From NCBI GenBank assembly GCA_051294905.1, contig CM119371.1:9240001-9304000 (forward strand): a stretch of 64,000 nt of DNA, in the 5' to 3' direction. This document shows positions 39,735 through 54,171 of the stretch, in pieces; the stretch's first letter is position 1; the number at the start of each line of letters is the position of its first letter. The DNA is from Botryllus schlosseri (taxonomy: Eukaryota). Made by a program: the position numbers and the translations under genes. The notes beneath the pieces were generated by a model that was not told the origin of the DNA, did no database searches, and saw only the letters and a program-made list of their open reading frames with translations.

Positions 39735-40314
39735 CAGGGTTGTAACCAAGTCACATGGCTCCGAGTCACAAGTCAATCTCACTTTTATAGTTTTGACTCG
39801 AGTCAAGTCGAGTCATTTTCAATTCACCACCAAGTCAAGTCCGAGTCCAAGTTATCGAGCAGAGGGTCGAGTCCGAGTCATGGTATTGTGACTCGAGTCC
39901 GAGTCCGAGTCATTGTGTTGACTGCTCAGTTTCCAGTTAAAGTCTTGTTAAAGCCACTTTTTATAACTCTGTTTGGTGATATCGAATGGTTCGACTTTAA
40001 AATATGCTAATTTTCCTCACTTTTAACAGTTTCTGGTCGCATTTTTAAGTACCAGTACCAATAGACGAAATCCCGATAGCGTGATTACTTTACTATTCTT
40101 CGAAATTACAATGAAATGTTGGTCTTGGCTGTCTGAGTCTCGAGTCATAAGACTTGGTTCGAGTCATGCGCGATGACTCGAGTCCAAGTCAAGTCAATAC
40201 ACATTTTGACTCGAGTCGAGTCGAGTCATTTCCGTATTTTGAGAAAATGACTCGAGTCAAGTCGAGTCATCAGAAAATCGTGACTCGAGTTTGACTCGAG
40301 TCATTACAACCCTG
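39735..40314. mobile_element. GACTCGAGTC-rich MITE family, copy 2
   Basis: Same TIRs as 30311-30867; perfect TSD ATATATTA. Confidence 0.88.
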
Positions 40315-41207
40315 ATATATTACCTTATGGTGATGTAGGACTGGAATTAGCAGTATATCCTATCTCGTGATGACATAGGTTTACGTTCATGTTCGCCTTA
40401 ACATAGAACATTTAAAAAAGGTTATTTTTTTACGTCAACCAGAACCTTTCGGGGCTCGTACCATACAATGTTGGTGTTTGATCGATAAAGTTTTTGGAAT
40501 TGATTCAATTACTTCCTGTCTTTTAAAGGTTACAGTTATCGCCATCGCGAAGCAAGATGTTAGTTATTCCATTCGTTCGACATAGATGAACTGAACTACG
40601 GTGTCTGCGTTTTACGATTATTCCGTGTCTTACAGACTTCCTTGGCGCATTATACGTACTAACGTGAACGCGGTGTACGTAATTTAAAGGTAGAATAATG
40701 TTACTAAACAATAATAGGATAACAAGAAATTCGAAATCAAACAACCTTCATCGTGGAGTCGTTCTTCTTGGATTGCATTTTCATGCGGTCGCGGGTTCTC
40801 TTCGCATACGGAAGGAAAACTGAAACTCACACCTACAATTCATTGATTGAAAAAATATTTTAATTAAAAATTGGAAATTGCTAAATATTATGATTAAAAC
40901 GTGAATGGAGTGCCATCGTTACTTTCTTATCACACACATTCTCAAAATAGCATCTTTGAGAATCAGAAATGAGTCACTTGTATGTCGTCGGCAATACTGA
41001 CAGCGACTCGCATTGAAACTAGAAATTGAAATTAGGAATTCACGGTCTGTAAATCTAATCGTCAGTCGTAGCCGCTGCAGGGTAGAGGTGGCTGTGCGCT
41101 GGCCACACAAAAATGTGTAAAATGTAAATTCGATTAGTCGGTATATTGTCTGCTATTGTAATTTGAGGAGGATAGGCCCACCTTGTCGGTCAACAAAATG
41201 TATATAA

Positions 41208-41261
41208 AATGACGAATTAGAATGGTTATAACGCAATGACGAATTAGAATGGTTATAACGC
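41208..41261. repeat. Perfect 27-bp tandem duplication
   Basis: AATGACGAATTAGAATGGTTATAACGC x2. Confidence 0.9.
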
Positions 41262-44233
41262 GAGATCTGAAGGTCAGGAGATTGACTGCCGACAAAAAGT
41301 TTTCCCACATTTTTCATATCGTGATAGATATATAGGATTTGTGTCATAAAAGTGTATTTAGCGGAGATTGAATAAAGATAACGGCTAAAAGAAAGAATGT
41401 ATGATCACATTGCGACAATGACAGCGCAGAGCATCATCTGGTAATCAATGATGCATTGGTAATAATATATATCTATTAGTGAATCTACACCATATACTAA
41501 CCACTATAGAGCAGTATTTCTTATTTCAAATTTCTCGGAGGCGTAGTAGTAGAAATGCATCTCTATACTTACGCATTGAATGCGTACACCAAAGCAGTAT
41601 TGCAGGCTGAGCAACATTCACAGCACACGATAATCAGTCAATTTTACTAATCACTTGTTCTTGCTATTGTTCCTGAATGTGGATCATGTCGAAATGAGGT
41701 CTGCACCATGACATCATAATACTTAAACCAACCCGTTCTTGATTTCTGGTAAAAGGTTTAATCGAGTAGCCTCCCTGAGCAAGTCGAATATTCGATTATC
41801 AACCTTGCTATGACATGTCCAATCGAGACATGAAGACTTTAGGATTGAGAAAATGTATCGACGCAAGAATTCGTAACGATAAAATAACATCGTGGAAAGG
41901 TGGTATAATTTCAGTATTCGGAAAAACCAATCTCACTACTCCACTCGATATCATTGCAATTAACACTCAATTCGTATTCAAATACTCGAACCATCGTACG
42001 CATCCAAAAAACGTAAAAACGTTACTGGTTTCCTGGTTACACATTTTAAACAAATACCTCTGTACGTATTGCGGGAACCAACACTGCATGCATCTAGTAT
42101 CCTTTTCTTTGGTGCTTCGTACCTCCAAGTGTCCATGGACTTCTGGTTAAGAATTCCTGCTTTAATTCACAAATACAGCTCGGACAGTAGTAAAAATCAG
42201 TGACTCCGAAGTTCAGAATGATGTCGTTCACCAGGTTTCCTTTTCAAACGGAAACAACAAAACAGTAGAAACTGTGCAGCAACGTGAAACTAATGTAGTT
42301 TTTTGTCATACTAATACTATTTATTCAGCGTCTCGTTAGTGGAACGCCGAAGGACAATCCATAAAGCATTAAATTGTTCTAGTATGTATAATTGAACTAA
42401 TATTTTCCTACAATCGCCAAATATTACCAAAAACCTAATCGCACTGTATCATACCAATGTCGCACAAATGAATTGAGTGTAAAAACTATTGTATTTATGC
42501 AGCCCAAATACTTAATAAACAACGTAACATAGACAATTTTTATGGTTCCTGGCATTCTGATTCAATTTACTGTGAATGATATATGCCAATTTGGACATTT
42601 TGCCATCATGCCCCTTGGCGCACGCGACTTGTTTGTGCTTTATGTTGTCAAATAGACCAAATGACACTGACTGCGTTTTTGTCATGCACATTTGAGCACG
42701 TATCGTTTTCTATAAATTGTTTCGCCAATGATTGTATGCTTCGTTGATTACACCTGTTGCTTTACAACTCTGGACTTCAACCACTATAGGCTCCTTGTGC
42801 TGTGCAATGACGCTCATGAATGTCTGCGTTAACGGATCGCTTTGATCAGGGGCGAAACGCAGACATACTGCGCCTGTGGGGGTACCTTATTAAACTGAGG
42901 TAATAATTCCATGCCACCCACCTGAATGAATGGGGTGTGATTGGGTGCTCTAAATCATTCAATATATTCTCCAAGGTGGGATGATTGTAACAGAGTTGTA
43001 ACCAAGACATGTGCTTCCGAATCAGAAGTGATTACCTAACTCAAACTCAATTTAGATCGAGTGTATACTAACATATCATTGTGAATTCACAATCAGGTAA
43101 GTGTTTTCTCTTATGCCCGCATCTTAAGCAAGCCACCACCATGACAAATCTATATAGCTACATGATAGATCCATGGTTAACCTTGCAAGAATGTATCGAT
43201 ATGCTCTCATCCGTAACTGGATTTATTTTAAATCATATCACGTGGTAAGGCAGTGGTTTGTAACCAGTATGACCTCGTGACACCCTGCCGAGGGGAGTAA
43301 GAGTTCGCGGAACTCTAGCAAGTCGGTTGCCTGGAGTGGAAAGTAGCGTAGTGGCCCGTTGCTAGTGGGCCGTGCTATAAGTTGGAATTTCGGGATACAC
43401 ATTAAGTAGGGCGTTTTTTTTTTAAGTAAGGAATGAAATATTTTGCCCTAAAAATCAGAATTTAAACATTTTTTGACCGTAAAAACTAAATTGTAATAAG
43501 ATTCTGCACTCATGTATGTGGCATTTCCGCATATAATTTTAGAATTGTACTATTTTCTTCATTTCCGGTTGGAACTTTCCGTCCTTATAGAGTAGCCTGG
43601 CCTGAAAAAAACTTTTTGACTGGAAAAATAACAAATTTATACAGAAACGAGATTTCGACCTATGAAGAATTGCAGTAGTTACACTACGCATTCTGGTACA
43701 AACAATTAAAACTTGTTGTAGTACAACGAAAGATACTTTCCTATATTCTCAAGTATAGAAAGTGTCTGTCCTTACTTAGTAGCTTGTCAGGAATGGAGAA
43801 AGAACGATCAACAGCAGCAGTTGCTGGCTGGCCACACTAGGATTACCCTATTTTGGAATCGGGAAAGGAGGACCAAATCATAAAAGTTAGTTGATCATGA
43901 ATAAAACCATCGGATTTTGCTACTTTTGCTGGAAAATCTGTGGAGGTGACTGAAGAAAAAGGTCATCACTTTCGTTCGACTCCCGATTTACACACTTTTT
44001 ACCTAAATTTATTGGTGTTGCCTAAAAAAAGGTCGACACATTCGTTCGACTCCAGAATTACCCGTTTGAACGTCGGTATTTGCTATTTAGCGTCATTTAG
44101 GCCCATTTTCAGTCAAATGCGTCCATTATTCAAACTGTAACTACTGTAAAGCATGGGTGTCAAACATACGGCCCGCGGGCCGCATCCGGAATACCATATT
44201 AAGCCCACATAGATCCCGTAACTAAATGCACTC

Positions 44234-44530
<297 letters not shown>

Positions 44531-46007
44531 ATGGTTGTGCTCGACGCCGAAAATCGACGTATGGACGATATTCGTTCGATTTAAAGCACGCAAGAGGCAG
44601 TGGCGGCTCGTGACAATATCGGGTGGTGGGGCAAGGGCTGCGAGCGACTTTTATCAACATGACGTCACAATGGCGTTTTCCAACGTAAAAAAGTAGCTTT
44701 AATATGATGGTCACATGAATTTCCCGACAACAGTGATTTTAACGTAGGTGCCGCGAGCGGTTTGCCGGTGAGCCGTGACTTGAAGTGTGGTAACAAATGT
44801 TTTATTCCTTTTTTTTTAATCAAAGGATTATTTTACATAATGTACGTGATCTAAGAATCGTCCCTATGCCACGAATCAATTATCAGGTCATCCTTAGTAG
44901 CATGCGTTATGATTTCATGGTAGAGTTAGAGATTACGCAAATCGATAGGCCGTCCGAAAGTGTTTCGTACACGATCCTGGTGTGTTACGACCACTGAGCT
45001 GATGGTTACGAGTTACGACCAGGTGATAGGCAACCAAAGCGGAGGTAACCGGCGTACGATTGGATCAATGGACTGGACAATTTCTAGACCTTTAATTTTC
45101 GCTCTAAAGGCAACTGCGTAAACTAGCCTACGTACGGAGCAAAGATTCAATACGATTCATGTTCGCACTTGACTTGACCAGACTAATTCCAATGACTAAA
45201 ACTCGAGAGATTGCGTAAGCCTAACTGCAAAGGTCAACGACTTCGGACACATACGCAATTGTTATCTCATAGATTGGGCCTGTCATATTGAATCCAGAAC
45301 ATCAATTTGAATGGTCTTTGAAGAACTAAGGACGGCAGCCTCGGAACTTCGGTCTCGGAACAACATAGTACATTTTGGCCTTGAAACTGGAGATTGTGAC
45401 GCAGCACATACGGCTTACTGTCTATAAGTCTGCTGCGAAATCGCCGTTGGAAAATATATTAATCAATAAATACATGAATGAAAGCCGTAAACTTAGCATA
45501 CTGTTACATGAAATCATCGAGAAGTAGCATTCGCAATCTCATAACCCATTCCGGCATGGTACACTGTCAAAATCAATACAAACAGACGAACACCGAACTT
45601 TGAGTAAAATAGATCGAGGAATAGGCTGATCGAATGATCAGCTGTTAGCCGACATCGAAAATGAAATAGCTATCGCATTTGACAGGGGATTGTAAGCAAA
45701 TGGTTTGAAGGCCACAATTTCACAGTGAAATGCACATTGGCGAACATAAAATTATGTGAATATTTGAATGCAAACCGAGAATCTTAGTTAGCTGTTTCAT
45801 GCGATCATCGAGATATACCATTGGAAATATCATCACCGATCTCGCTATGGATCGCAGACTAGATTAGCACAGACAGACACCGGCTTTTGCGTGAGATCCA
45901 CAATGATGTAGGTAGGCTAAGTATCAGATCAGCGCGCATCTCTACCATACTCGACCTCGAAAACGAAATAACTGCCTCAATCATTGAGCGTCAACTTTAG
46001 GACTTGG

Positions 46008-46848
46008 TGTGGCAGCCGTGCTCTATACTGCCCCTTACGTCAGTTGTAGCATTATCGCATCGTGCTTTCACTTCCTCTTTTGCTTCTGGCCGCTTCGGCG
46101 GACAGACGTATAATAAACTCTCTGCAGCAGTTGTTGAATCGTGTGTGATGATCAACTACAGACGGAGGTCTGTTACAATGGCGAGCACGCTAAAAACGTT
46201 ACTTCATTAATTTGGCTGCAAGTCTGAAGATTCCTGGACAGTAACGGTATGCTGAAAGTTGGCGAAAATTCGAATACGGAATTGGCTATCTGAACCGATT
46301 AAAGAAGCAGTATTGCATCGATGTGAGAAGTTTGAAGACTTGACTGGTTGCTTCACTTCGTAATAACTGTTTCACTGGCGGAACTGATGTGAGCGCACGT
46401 GGAGGGATGGAGCTTGTGACTCTCCCGGTCCGATGTTATGAAGAGGGGATGGAGCATGTGACTCTCCCGGTGATGTGGCGCGGCGTTGTTAGGGTTTTAG
46501 TTTAGGGAATTGTTCATTAATGTTAGTTTAGGGTTAGTGTTCTGCTAATGTGATACGGTCGTGCGGGTGTTTGTGATTTTGTTGATGATTTTGGACTTGT
46601 CGGTTTTGATGTTGCTGTTTTTTATTGTATTTTGTGAGAGTGCTTTTATAGGCACTTCTCAAGTTTGGTGGGGAATAGTGTGGCAGCCGTGCTCTATACT
46701 GCCCCTTACGTCAGTTGTAGCATTATCGCATCGTGCTTTCACTTCCTCTTTTGCTTCTGGCCGCTTCGGCGGACAGACGTATAATAAAGTCTCTGCAGCA
46801 GTTGTTGAATCGTGTGTGATGATCAACTACAGACGGAGGTCTGTTACA
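46008..46848 (+). mobile_element. Small non-autonomous LTR retrotransposon (TRIM-like)
   Basis: Two 170-bp TG...CA direct repeats (46008-46177 and 46679-46848) with one visible mismatch, each containing AATAAA. PBS-like TGGCGAGC at 46179, purine-rich GGTGGGGAATAG just before the 3' LTR, and TSD TTGG (46004-46007, 46849-46852). Confidence 0.9.
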
Positions 46849-47103
46849 TTGGCACCGCGTTCGATACTGAAATCAACACATACCGTGCAAAAGCTCATGA
46901 CAGATCTAAGTATGGAACATCGTTAAAATCAATGGAGACCAATAACGGCTTTTGCGTAAATCTGTTTGCTGCTTGCGATAAATGAAGAGTCAGCTCTCAC
47001 TCGACTTTGGAAACGAAATTACCACCCACATAGTTCAGTGACAAACTTAAAACTTGTTACAGCGGTCGATACTAACATTAAGACTTACTGTGCCAAATGT
47101 CAT

Positions 47104-47913
47104 CAGGGTTGCCAGACATCTTCTGCGAAAAAGGGCCAAACAGCGCCGGAAAAGGGGCCAAATTGGCCAATAAAAGGGCCAAATTGTTCAATAACGTCAA
47201 TAACGCTGCAACATTACCCATAGACACCTGAAATTCCAGTTTTATATTGTTGATACTGTTGTAGGACACCAAATCCACTACCTGCAACTATACTGGATCC
47301 AACTACAATAACTTCTTCATTATTTCAGGCCTTTTCCGACTGAATATAAAATCGTAAAATAAAACTTTTTGTGCTATAATATGAGAGTGATTAAATTTTA
47401 TGAATTTTAGTTAAACATCGAGAGAATAGTTTCTTTACATTTGAAACTTATCCAACTTATCTACCGAATTTTTAGGTTTTACACCCAAAAACTCTACGGT
47501 TATGTTGATTTTTTTCTTTGAAATTTTTATCAATAATTAAGTACTATAAGGGTGCTCTTCTTCAGACTTTTTCTGCTACATAGCTTCCAGCCATGTTCGC
47601 TGCTTTTTCGTCCACCTGTTCACAAATCTGTATTTACAATTCCAACACAGTCTACATTCTACAAAAACAAATCCAAATCTTCTACAGTGTTTCCACTCGA
47701 ATCTTTGACATTGGCATAAACATTGTCAGCCCAATTTGCGAGTCAGATTTATTTTAATAGTTAGTTTGACGGTATGTCTCAACTGCTTCCAAAAAGGGCC
47801 AAAAATTGAAAATAAAGGGCCAAGGGGCCAAATTATTATTTTGGGGCCAACTGTCTCTAAAAAGGGCCAAATTTCACGAATTTGGCCCCGAAAGGGCCAA
47901 TCTGGCAACCCTG
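47104..47913. mobile_element. hAT-type MITE with GGGCCAA subterminal repeats
   Basis: CAGGGTTGCCAGA / TCTGGCAACCCTG ends; perfect TSD AATGTCAT. Confidence 0.87.
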
Positions 47914-50469
47914 AATGTCATGACCGATCTCGGTATGGAACATCGTCAAAATCAATGGAGATCAATACCGGCTTTTGAGTAAAATCTGTTTGCTGTACAA
48001 TGTACATGATAGATCAGCACACACTGAACTTCGGAAACGAAATTACTACCCTTATCTTTAAGTAGCAAGCCTGAAACTTGGAGCAGTGCTAAATACGACC
48101 TTCACGACATATCATACCAAGTTTCAAGAATTATCATGGTGCGAAACACCGTCAAAATCGACATATACCAGCAAAGGTCGACTCAACGCATATCACGGTA
48201 ACCGAGTTCAGATATAAATACGATTGTTACATCACACCTTAGGGGCGACAGGCATAGTTGCCCCACTTGCTCGGCCATTTTACGAATAGGAGAGAGTAAA
48301 TCACCGTTTCTTTATTGTGCGCGGCTTTGAGAGAATAGATAGTGAAAGCTTGTTATGAGCGCTACCGGGGCAAGCCCCGGCTAGGCATTCACAAAGCGAA
48401 AACACAGAAGAGAATTCGATTTTCGCAGACTTCGCTATGTATGGGCATTTGTTACCGAAAGCACAAGAATAATGCGGGTTTCGCTGTGATCTCGGTATAT
48501 TCTGATTGCTGTGCGTCTATAAATGGTTAAATTGTTATTGAACAGAATTTTAGGTGGGGCAATGCCCCAGTTGCCCTATAGGACGAGCCGCCACTGGCAA
48601 GAGGGCTGATTCAGGTGAGCAAGTTTACGGCAACGTAAGCTAACCTCAGATCACTGCGTTAACGATCAATTCATTATTGATGTAACAATGGAGGCTCGGT
48701 AAAACTCGCAACCATTGAATGATCGGTTAACAATCCGAACTTATAAAAGATATGGCGATTTAGTCGACATCGATTACTTGTCGACTTGAAATTGACTCGT
48801 AAATTTTGCTTCGAGTCACGAGCCAACCCGCATTTTTGAAGCGTCGAGTAAAGTCAAGTCAAGTCATTGTTACAAAGTGACTCGAGTCAAGTCGTAATGG
48901 ACGAGCTAGCTGGACGCCAAAAAGCCAGGTCAAAGTGTTATGGCCATTTCCGGTGAACTGCGGACTAATCTATTTAATGATATAGGCTTACTATACGCCC
49001 CGAAATTGCGAGTGGTCACTGGTAATGGCGAGGGACTGCTCAGAGCCGCGCCAAGCGCGAAATTTTTTCCAGATTCACGAATGAATTTCGTCATTGATAT
49101 TAGTAGTTTTACATATTACTATCAAACATTGATCCTTTCTCAGCCAACGTGATCAGATTCACCGGTATAAAGTTTTCGAAAATTCAGGGCCAGTTATAAA
49201 TTATGATGCATCTTCGGGCGAGGTCATTATTTTATTGCATGCTGTTATTTCTTGACCTCCCGTCAGGATTGTCGGTATAGTGAGGAGCGTTCACGGTTCC
49301 GAGTTGGTATTTCTATACGAGGCACATCATTTTCCTCTGCTGCTGTTTGTATCTGTTGTGGGGCTCTGATTGCAAAGGCGCTATACTGTATTGAAATCGA
49401 AAATTGAAGTCACATTACCAAGATTAATTAAAAGCTTTCAAGAAATCGGGAGTTAATTCGTTAATTCAAATTGCATTTCGGCGGCCGCACAAATTTCCCT
49501 CTACGGCCGCAGTTTGGCCACCCCTGCACTAGGCATTATCGGCCAGGGTTGATGGGATGCATGGAATTGTTTTTTCACCACCAGTCACAAGACGAACAAC
49601 ATAATGAAATAACAGCGAAAGTCAATTTATTTAATGCAATGGCTGCATTTGTTTATTTTCCACTAGCTGGTCGATGCGTGGCATACGTTTTCTCACAACG
49701 CATCGAACGTCATGCAGCTTGGGCGCAACAACTGGGTTTTGTTTCTTCGAATTGACAGTCATCGGGGATGAAAATCCTTGCTAGCACTCTGACGTAGAAT
49801 GGAAAATTAGGAGATGGGGAATAGCGCGAGAAGCTAGCGTCGAGTACGATGATGCCATGCTAAGCCAGAAGTTTATTGGAGAACAATCTTTTCAAAATCA
49901 ACCCCACCTAAAAATAACTACCTTCGGTCGAAAAAAATAGAATCTACTCACGTACCACCTGGAAGACCTTCGCGTACCACAGGTTGGGAACCACTGTTCT
50001 ATACCAATAAAATATTATCGCCCTCGGCAGAAGCAGACCGTACCCATATGATACCTCTTGCGGATAGGTGTTTCGATAGCATAATGCGCTAGAGGGCGAT
50101 CTCTTTGTTACCATGGGAACTGACACTAGCGCAACTAAAGCTGATATTTGCGCTGCGTTCCGTTTGACACCCGAAATGATGCGGAGCTGATATCTGCACA
50201 CGAAATAGCGCCAGACATGCCCCAGACCTGATACCTGCGAACCATTTTTATGCGGACATGCTCCGGACCTGATATCTGCGCGCTGAACGGGCATCCCTAA
50301 AAGACGGAGAAGCGGAGGCAGCGGAGACAGCGGAGGCAGCGGAGAACGGACCCTAAAACGCGGAAGCAACGGAGACGGCGGAGAGAGCCAAAAATGCCGA
50401 TTCCTAAAAGACGGAGACAGCGGACCTAGCGGAGAGCGGAGATTTCGGTCATTAACCTTTATAGACACG

Positions 50470-51935
50470 CGCGACATAGCAGACGGATACTGAAAGCGGA
50501 GTCCGGGACCCCGCGAAACGGACATAGCGGACGGTTATATAATATAGAAAGCGGAGATCAGGGCGTATCGGAAGATGTTTCGAAGCAGTGGAGAATAACG
50601 GAGAAGTCAGCCATCCAAGTTCAAGGCCAATTGGGCGACTGATTGCCCATCGATGAGATGACATAGCGGGCGGTTATATAATACAAGGAGAGCGGAGTTC
50701 GGGGCGTATCGGAAGATGTTTCGAAGCAGTGGAGAATAACGGAGAAGTCAGCCATGCGAGTTCAAGGCCAATTGGCGACTAATTGCCCGTCGATGAGATG
50801 ACACAGCGGGCGTTTATATAATACATAGAAAGCGGAGTTCGGGGCGTATCGGAAGATGTTTCGAAGCAGTGGAGAATAACGGAGAAGTCAGCCATATGCA
50901 AGTTCAAGGCCAATTGGGCGACTGATTGCCCATCGATGAGATGACATAGCGGGCGGTTATATAATACAAGGAAAGCGGAGTTCGGGGCGTATCGGAAGAT
51001 GTTTCGAAGCAGTGGAGAATAACGGAGAAGTCAGCCATGCTATTTCAAGGCCAATTTGGCGACTGATTGCCCGTCGATGAGATGACATAGCGGAGGGATA
51101 CTGAAAGCGGAGTTCGGGCCCCCGCGAAATAGACATAGCGGACGGTTATATAATATAGAGAGCGGAGATCAGGGCGTATCGGAAGATGTTTCGAAGCAGT
51201 GGAGAATAACGGAGAAGTCAGCCATGCGAGTTCAAGGCCAATTGGCGACTGATTGCCCGTCGATGAGATGACACAGCGGGCGGTTATATAATACAAAGAA
51301 AGCGGAGTTCGGGGCGTATCGGAAGATGTTTCGAAGCAGTGGAGAATAACGGAGAAGTCAGCCATATGCAAGTTCAAGGCCAATTGGGCGACTGCTGATT
51401 GCCCGTCGATGAGATGACATAGCGGGCGGGTATATAGTACAAAAAAAGCGGAGTTCGGGGCGTATCGGAAGATGTTTCGAAGCAGTGGAGAATAACGGAG
51501 AAGTCAGCCATGCTATTTCAAGGCCAATTGGCGACTGATTGCCCGTCGATGAGATGACACAGCGGGCGTTTATATAATACATAGAAAGCGGAGTTCGGGG
51601 CGTATCGGAAGATGTTTCGAAGCAGTGGAGAATAACGGAGAAGTCAGCCATATGCAAGTTCAAGGCCAATTGGGCGACTGCTGATTGCCCGTCGATGAGA
51701 TGACATAGCGGGCGGGTATATAGTACAAAGAAAGCGGAGTTCGGGGCGTATCGGAAGATGTTTCGAAGCAGTGGAGAATAACGGAGAAGTCAGCCATGCT
51801 ATTTCAAGGCCAATTTGGCGACTGATTGTCCGTCGATGAGATGACATAGCGGACGGATACTGAAAGTAGAGTTCGGGACGTAGCGGAAGATGTTAAGAAA
51901 CAGCGGTGAAAAACGGAAAAGGCAACCATGCAATT
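50470..51935. repeat. Tandem array, left arm of foldback element (~140-146-bp unit, one 187-bp variant; 9 units plus 1 degenerate)
   Basis: GAAGATGTTTCGAAGCAGTGG recurs at about 50571, 50712, 50852, 50995, 51182, 51322, 51468, 51608 and 51754. Confidence 0.93.
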
Positions 51936-52313
51936 TGGTGTATTTCAAAGTATTCGATAATATATAACCGGCACATATTTTTTTCGATCTGAGAACTAAT
52001 AATTCACTCCAAAATTTTCTAAAAACCCGAAACTGTTCATCTACCGTTACTGTCACACAGGGTTGTAACCAAGTCACAAGGCTCCGAGTCACCAGTCAAT
52101 CTCAGTTTTGACTCGAGGTCTGATACGATCTGAGGTTGGATCGATCTCAAAGTGCGGCGTTGGAGCATTGAGCAAGCGCTTTCCGAGACAAGCCCTTTGA
52201 CTCGAGGCCTTACTCATTCACTTTTTTCGGTTTGGCCAATAATATTGAGTGCATGGAAATTGTGCTGTGAGCATGTTTGGTGCCTGAATTCACAATTTCA
52301 ATTGTAATATATA

Positions 52314-53155
52314 CAGAGGTGGTCAGTAACGAAGTAGCCTACTTCTACTTTTTCGAAGTGCTCAAGTAGTTTTCCTCTACTTCTAGTACTTACTCAAGGA
52401 GATCTGATTTTCACTACTTCTACGTAATATTTTGTGATCTACTTACTTTTCGCTATTTTCAGTTTGTCAAGTAGAAGTAGCCTAATCCTCCAATCAGGAA
52501 GATAGCCTGAGGAATTTCGGGGCTGTTTTCACGGAGTATCCACATCTAATTTTCATAAAAGTTGAGTAAAGCCCAGAATTTTCATCGCGTTTCGCGCGCA
52601 GTGGATGCGGCATAAATAAAGCTACACTCTATGGCATTTTTACGACGCACCATATTTTTATTAGCGTTTACTAATCGCGCAAGGTGTTTATACACCGTAT
52701 CCTATACAACTTCTCCGTATTGCGCTTTGACTAAACTGCGGGCCTTATAATATGAAGGAGGGTGCGATACCATGATCTTTTCTAAAACGTGCTGTTTCAG
52801 TATACAGAGGATTAGTATCGCATTTCCATATCAATACTAGCATTTTTATCCATTGATGCGGAAGAATGCTTATGCTGTCGAAAATTGGATAGTTCCTGGT
52901 ATGCATCAATATGAATCAAGCTCGACACCTTTCGCGTAGCTCAATTTCCACGTTTTGACAATCCATGCGAACGAATTACGATCGTTCTCACAACTACTTA
53001 CTTACTTGAGTAGATTTAAAGTCAGTCAATTCTACTGCTGCTTCAAGTAGTTTTAGGTTTCTTATGGAAAACGTACTTCTACTCGTACTTGAGTAAATTT
53101 TTTCGTCGCTACTTCTACACTTGAGTAGCTTTCTTGACTACTTTGATCACCTCGG
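52314..53155. mobile_element. MITE nested in the foldback spacer
   Basis: CAGAGGTGGTCA / TGATCACCTCGG ends; TSD AATATATA; CTACTT subterminal repeats. Related ends occur at ~29941 and ~60695. Confidence 0.8.
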
Positions 53156-54171
53156 AATATATAGCAATGTTACATAAGAAGTAAATCATGCTCTATCGCC
53201 GTATGGCTTCATCGTTGGCTGTGCAGGCTATTCCCAAATAGGTGGACATTTTTGACCATAAGAAAGTCTTCCAAAAGCGGTTAATTGCTCAACTCACTGT
53301 TTTATCATTTAGGTATAAAACGTAGCATCAGGATAGGTAGAAACGACTGTATGATGTATGTTACTGAAAAAACACACACAAATTGTTGTGTACAATATAT
53401 AGCGATCTTCAAATCCTAACAAGAACCGGATCCGCGGCGATGCGGGTAGACGATACGGCGCCTCAGCAGACAAATGCAATACACCATGCGGTGGATGACC
53501 TGGCGCTTTATGAATGTACGCAATGTTAGATCATCGCAATACCCCTGATTAAACCGTCCGGCCCCGCGTATATGGCTGGAATATCAGCAACGCGGTGCGG
53601 GTACCACTATACCCATTATCAGTAACCCATACCTATACCCATTAACATGTGCTTATGCCTGAAAACTTCAGGATTAAGTATGATGTTTCATTATTTGGAA
53701 ATATTTGCTCTGGCTATTACAGTATATGTCAAATAGTCCTTAAATTGTTATTGAGCTTGGGAGATAATATATATCTTTAGTCTTTACCGATTTGAAATGA
53801 ATTGTATAAGCGGCAAGCTATAGTTGAATAGTTTGAGCTAGGTTGATATTTCGTGTGTGTAGCGATTACAGATAGCAGTAATTGAAGGAAATACTGGGCA
53901 ACAAACATCACATCTAAACCCGCGGATCGCCAGATCACGAGTAATTAATAAAACCTCAGAGGTCTGCGAGCAGTCATCAGCTGTCAAATCTATTGAGTAA
54001 AGACTCGAAACTGCAGAATGATCTTCTAGCCAGTGCCGGTCCCAAGCTCGCGAAATTAGGCAGGGTGAAACTTGAAACGCCACGAGTTGAGCTATCGTCC
54101 GCAATCACAGCTAATCGTCGAATATGACAGCCCTTTCATATACTCGAGAGGACAAGCACAACTATCAACAA

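Noticed and set aside
41740..41800. Minus-strand LAQGGYS as the kinase Gly-rich loop exon
   Set aside because: There are in-frame stops just upstream, no downstream VAIK lysine, and no convincing splice sites.
42821..42865. Hairpin TGTCTGCGTT...AACGCAGACA as SECIS or other ncRNA
   Set aside because: It lacks the 3' GA of the SECIS kink-turn and there is no selenoprotein nearby. A 10-bp stem can arise by chance.
46008..46848. Retrozyme (hammerhead-containing LTR element)
   Set aside because: No hammerhead core with supporting stems was found in the LTRs or the interior.
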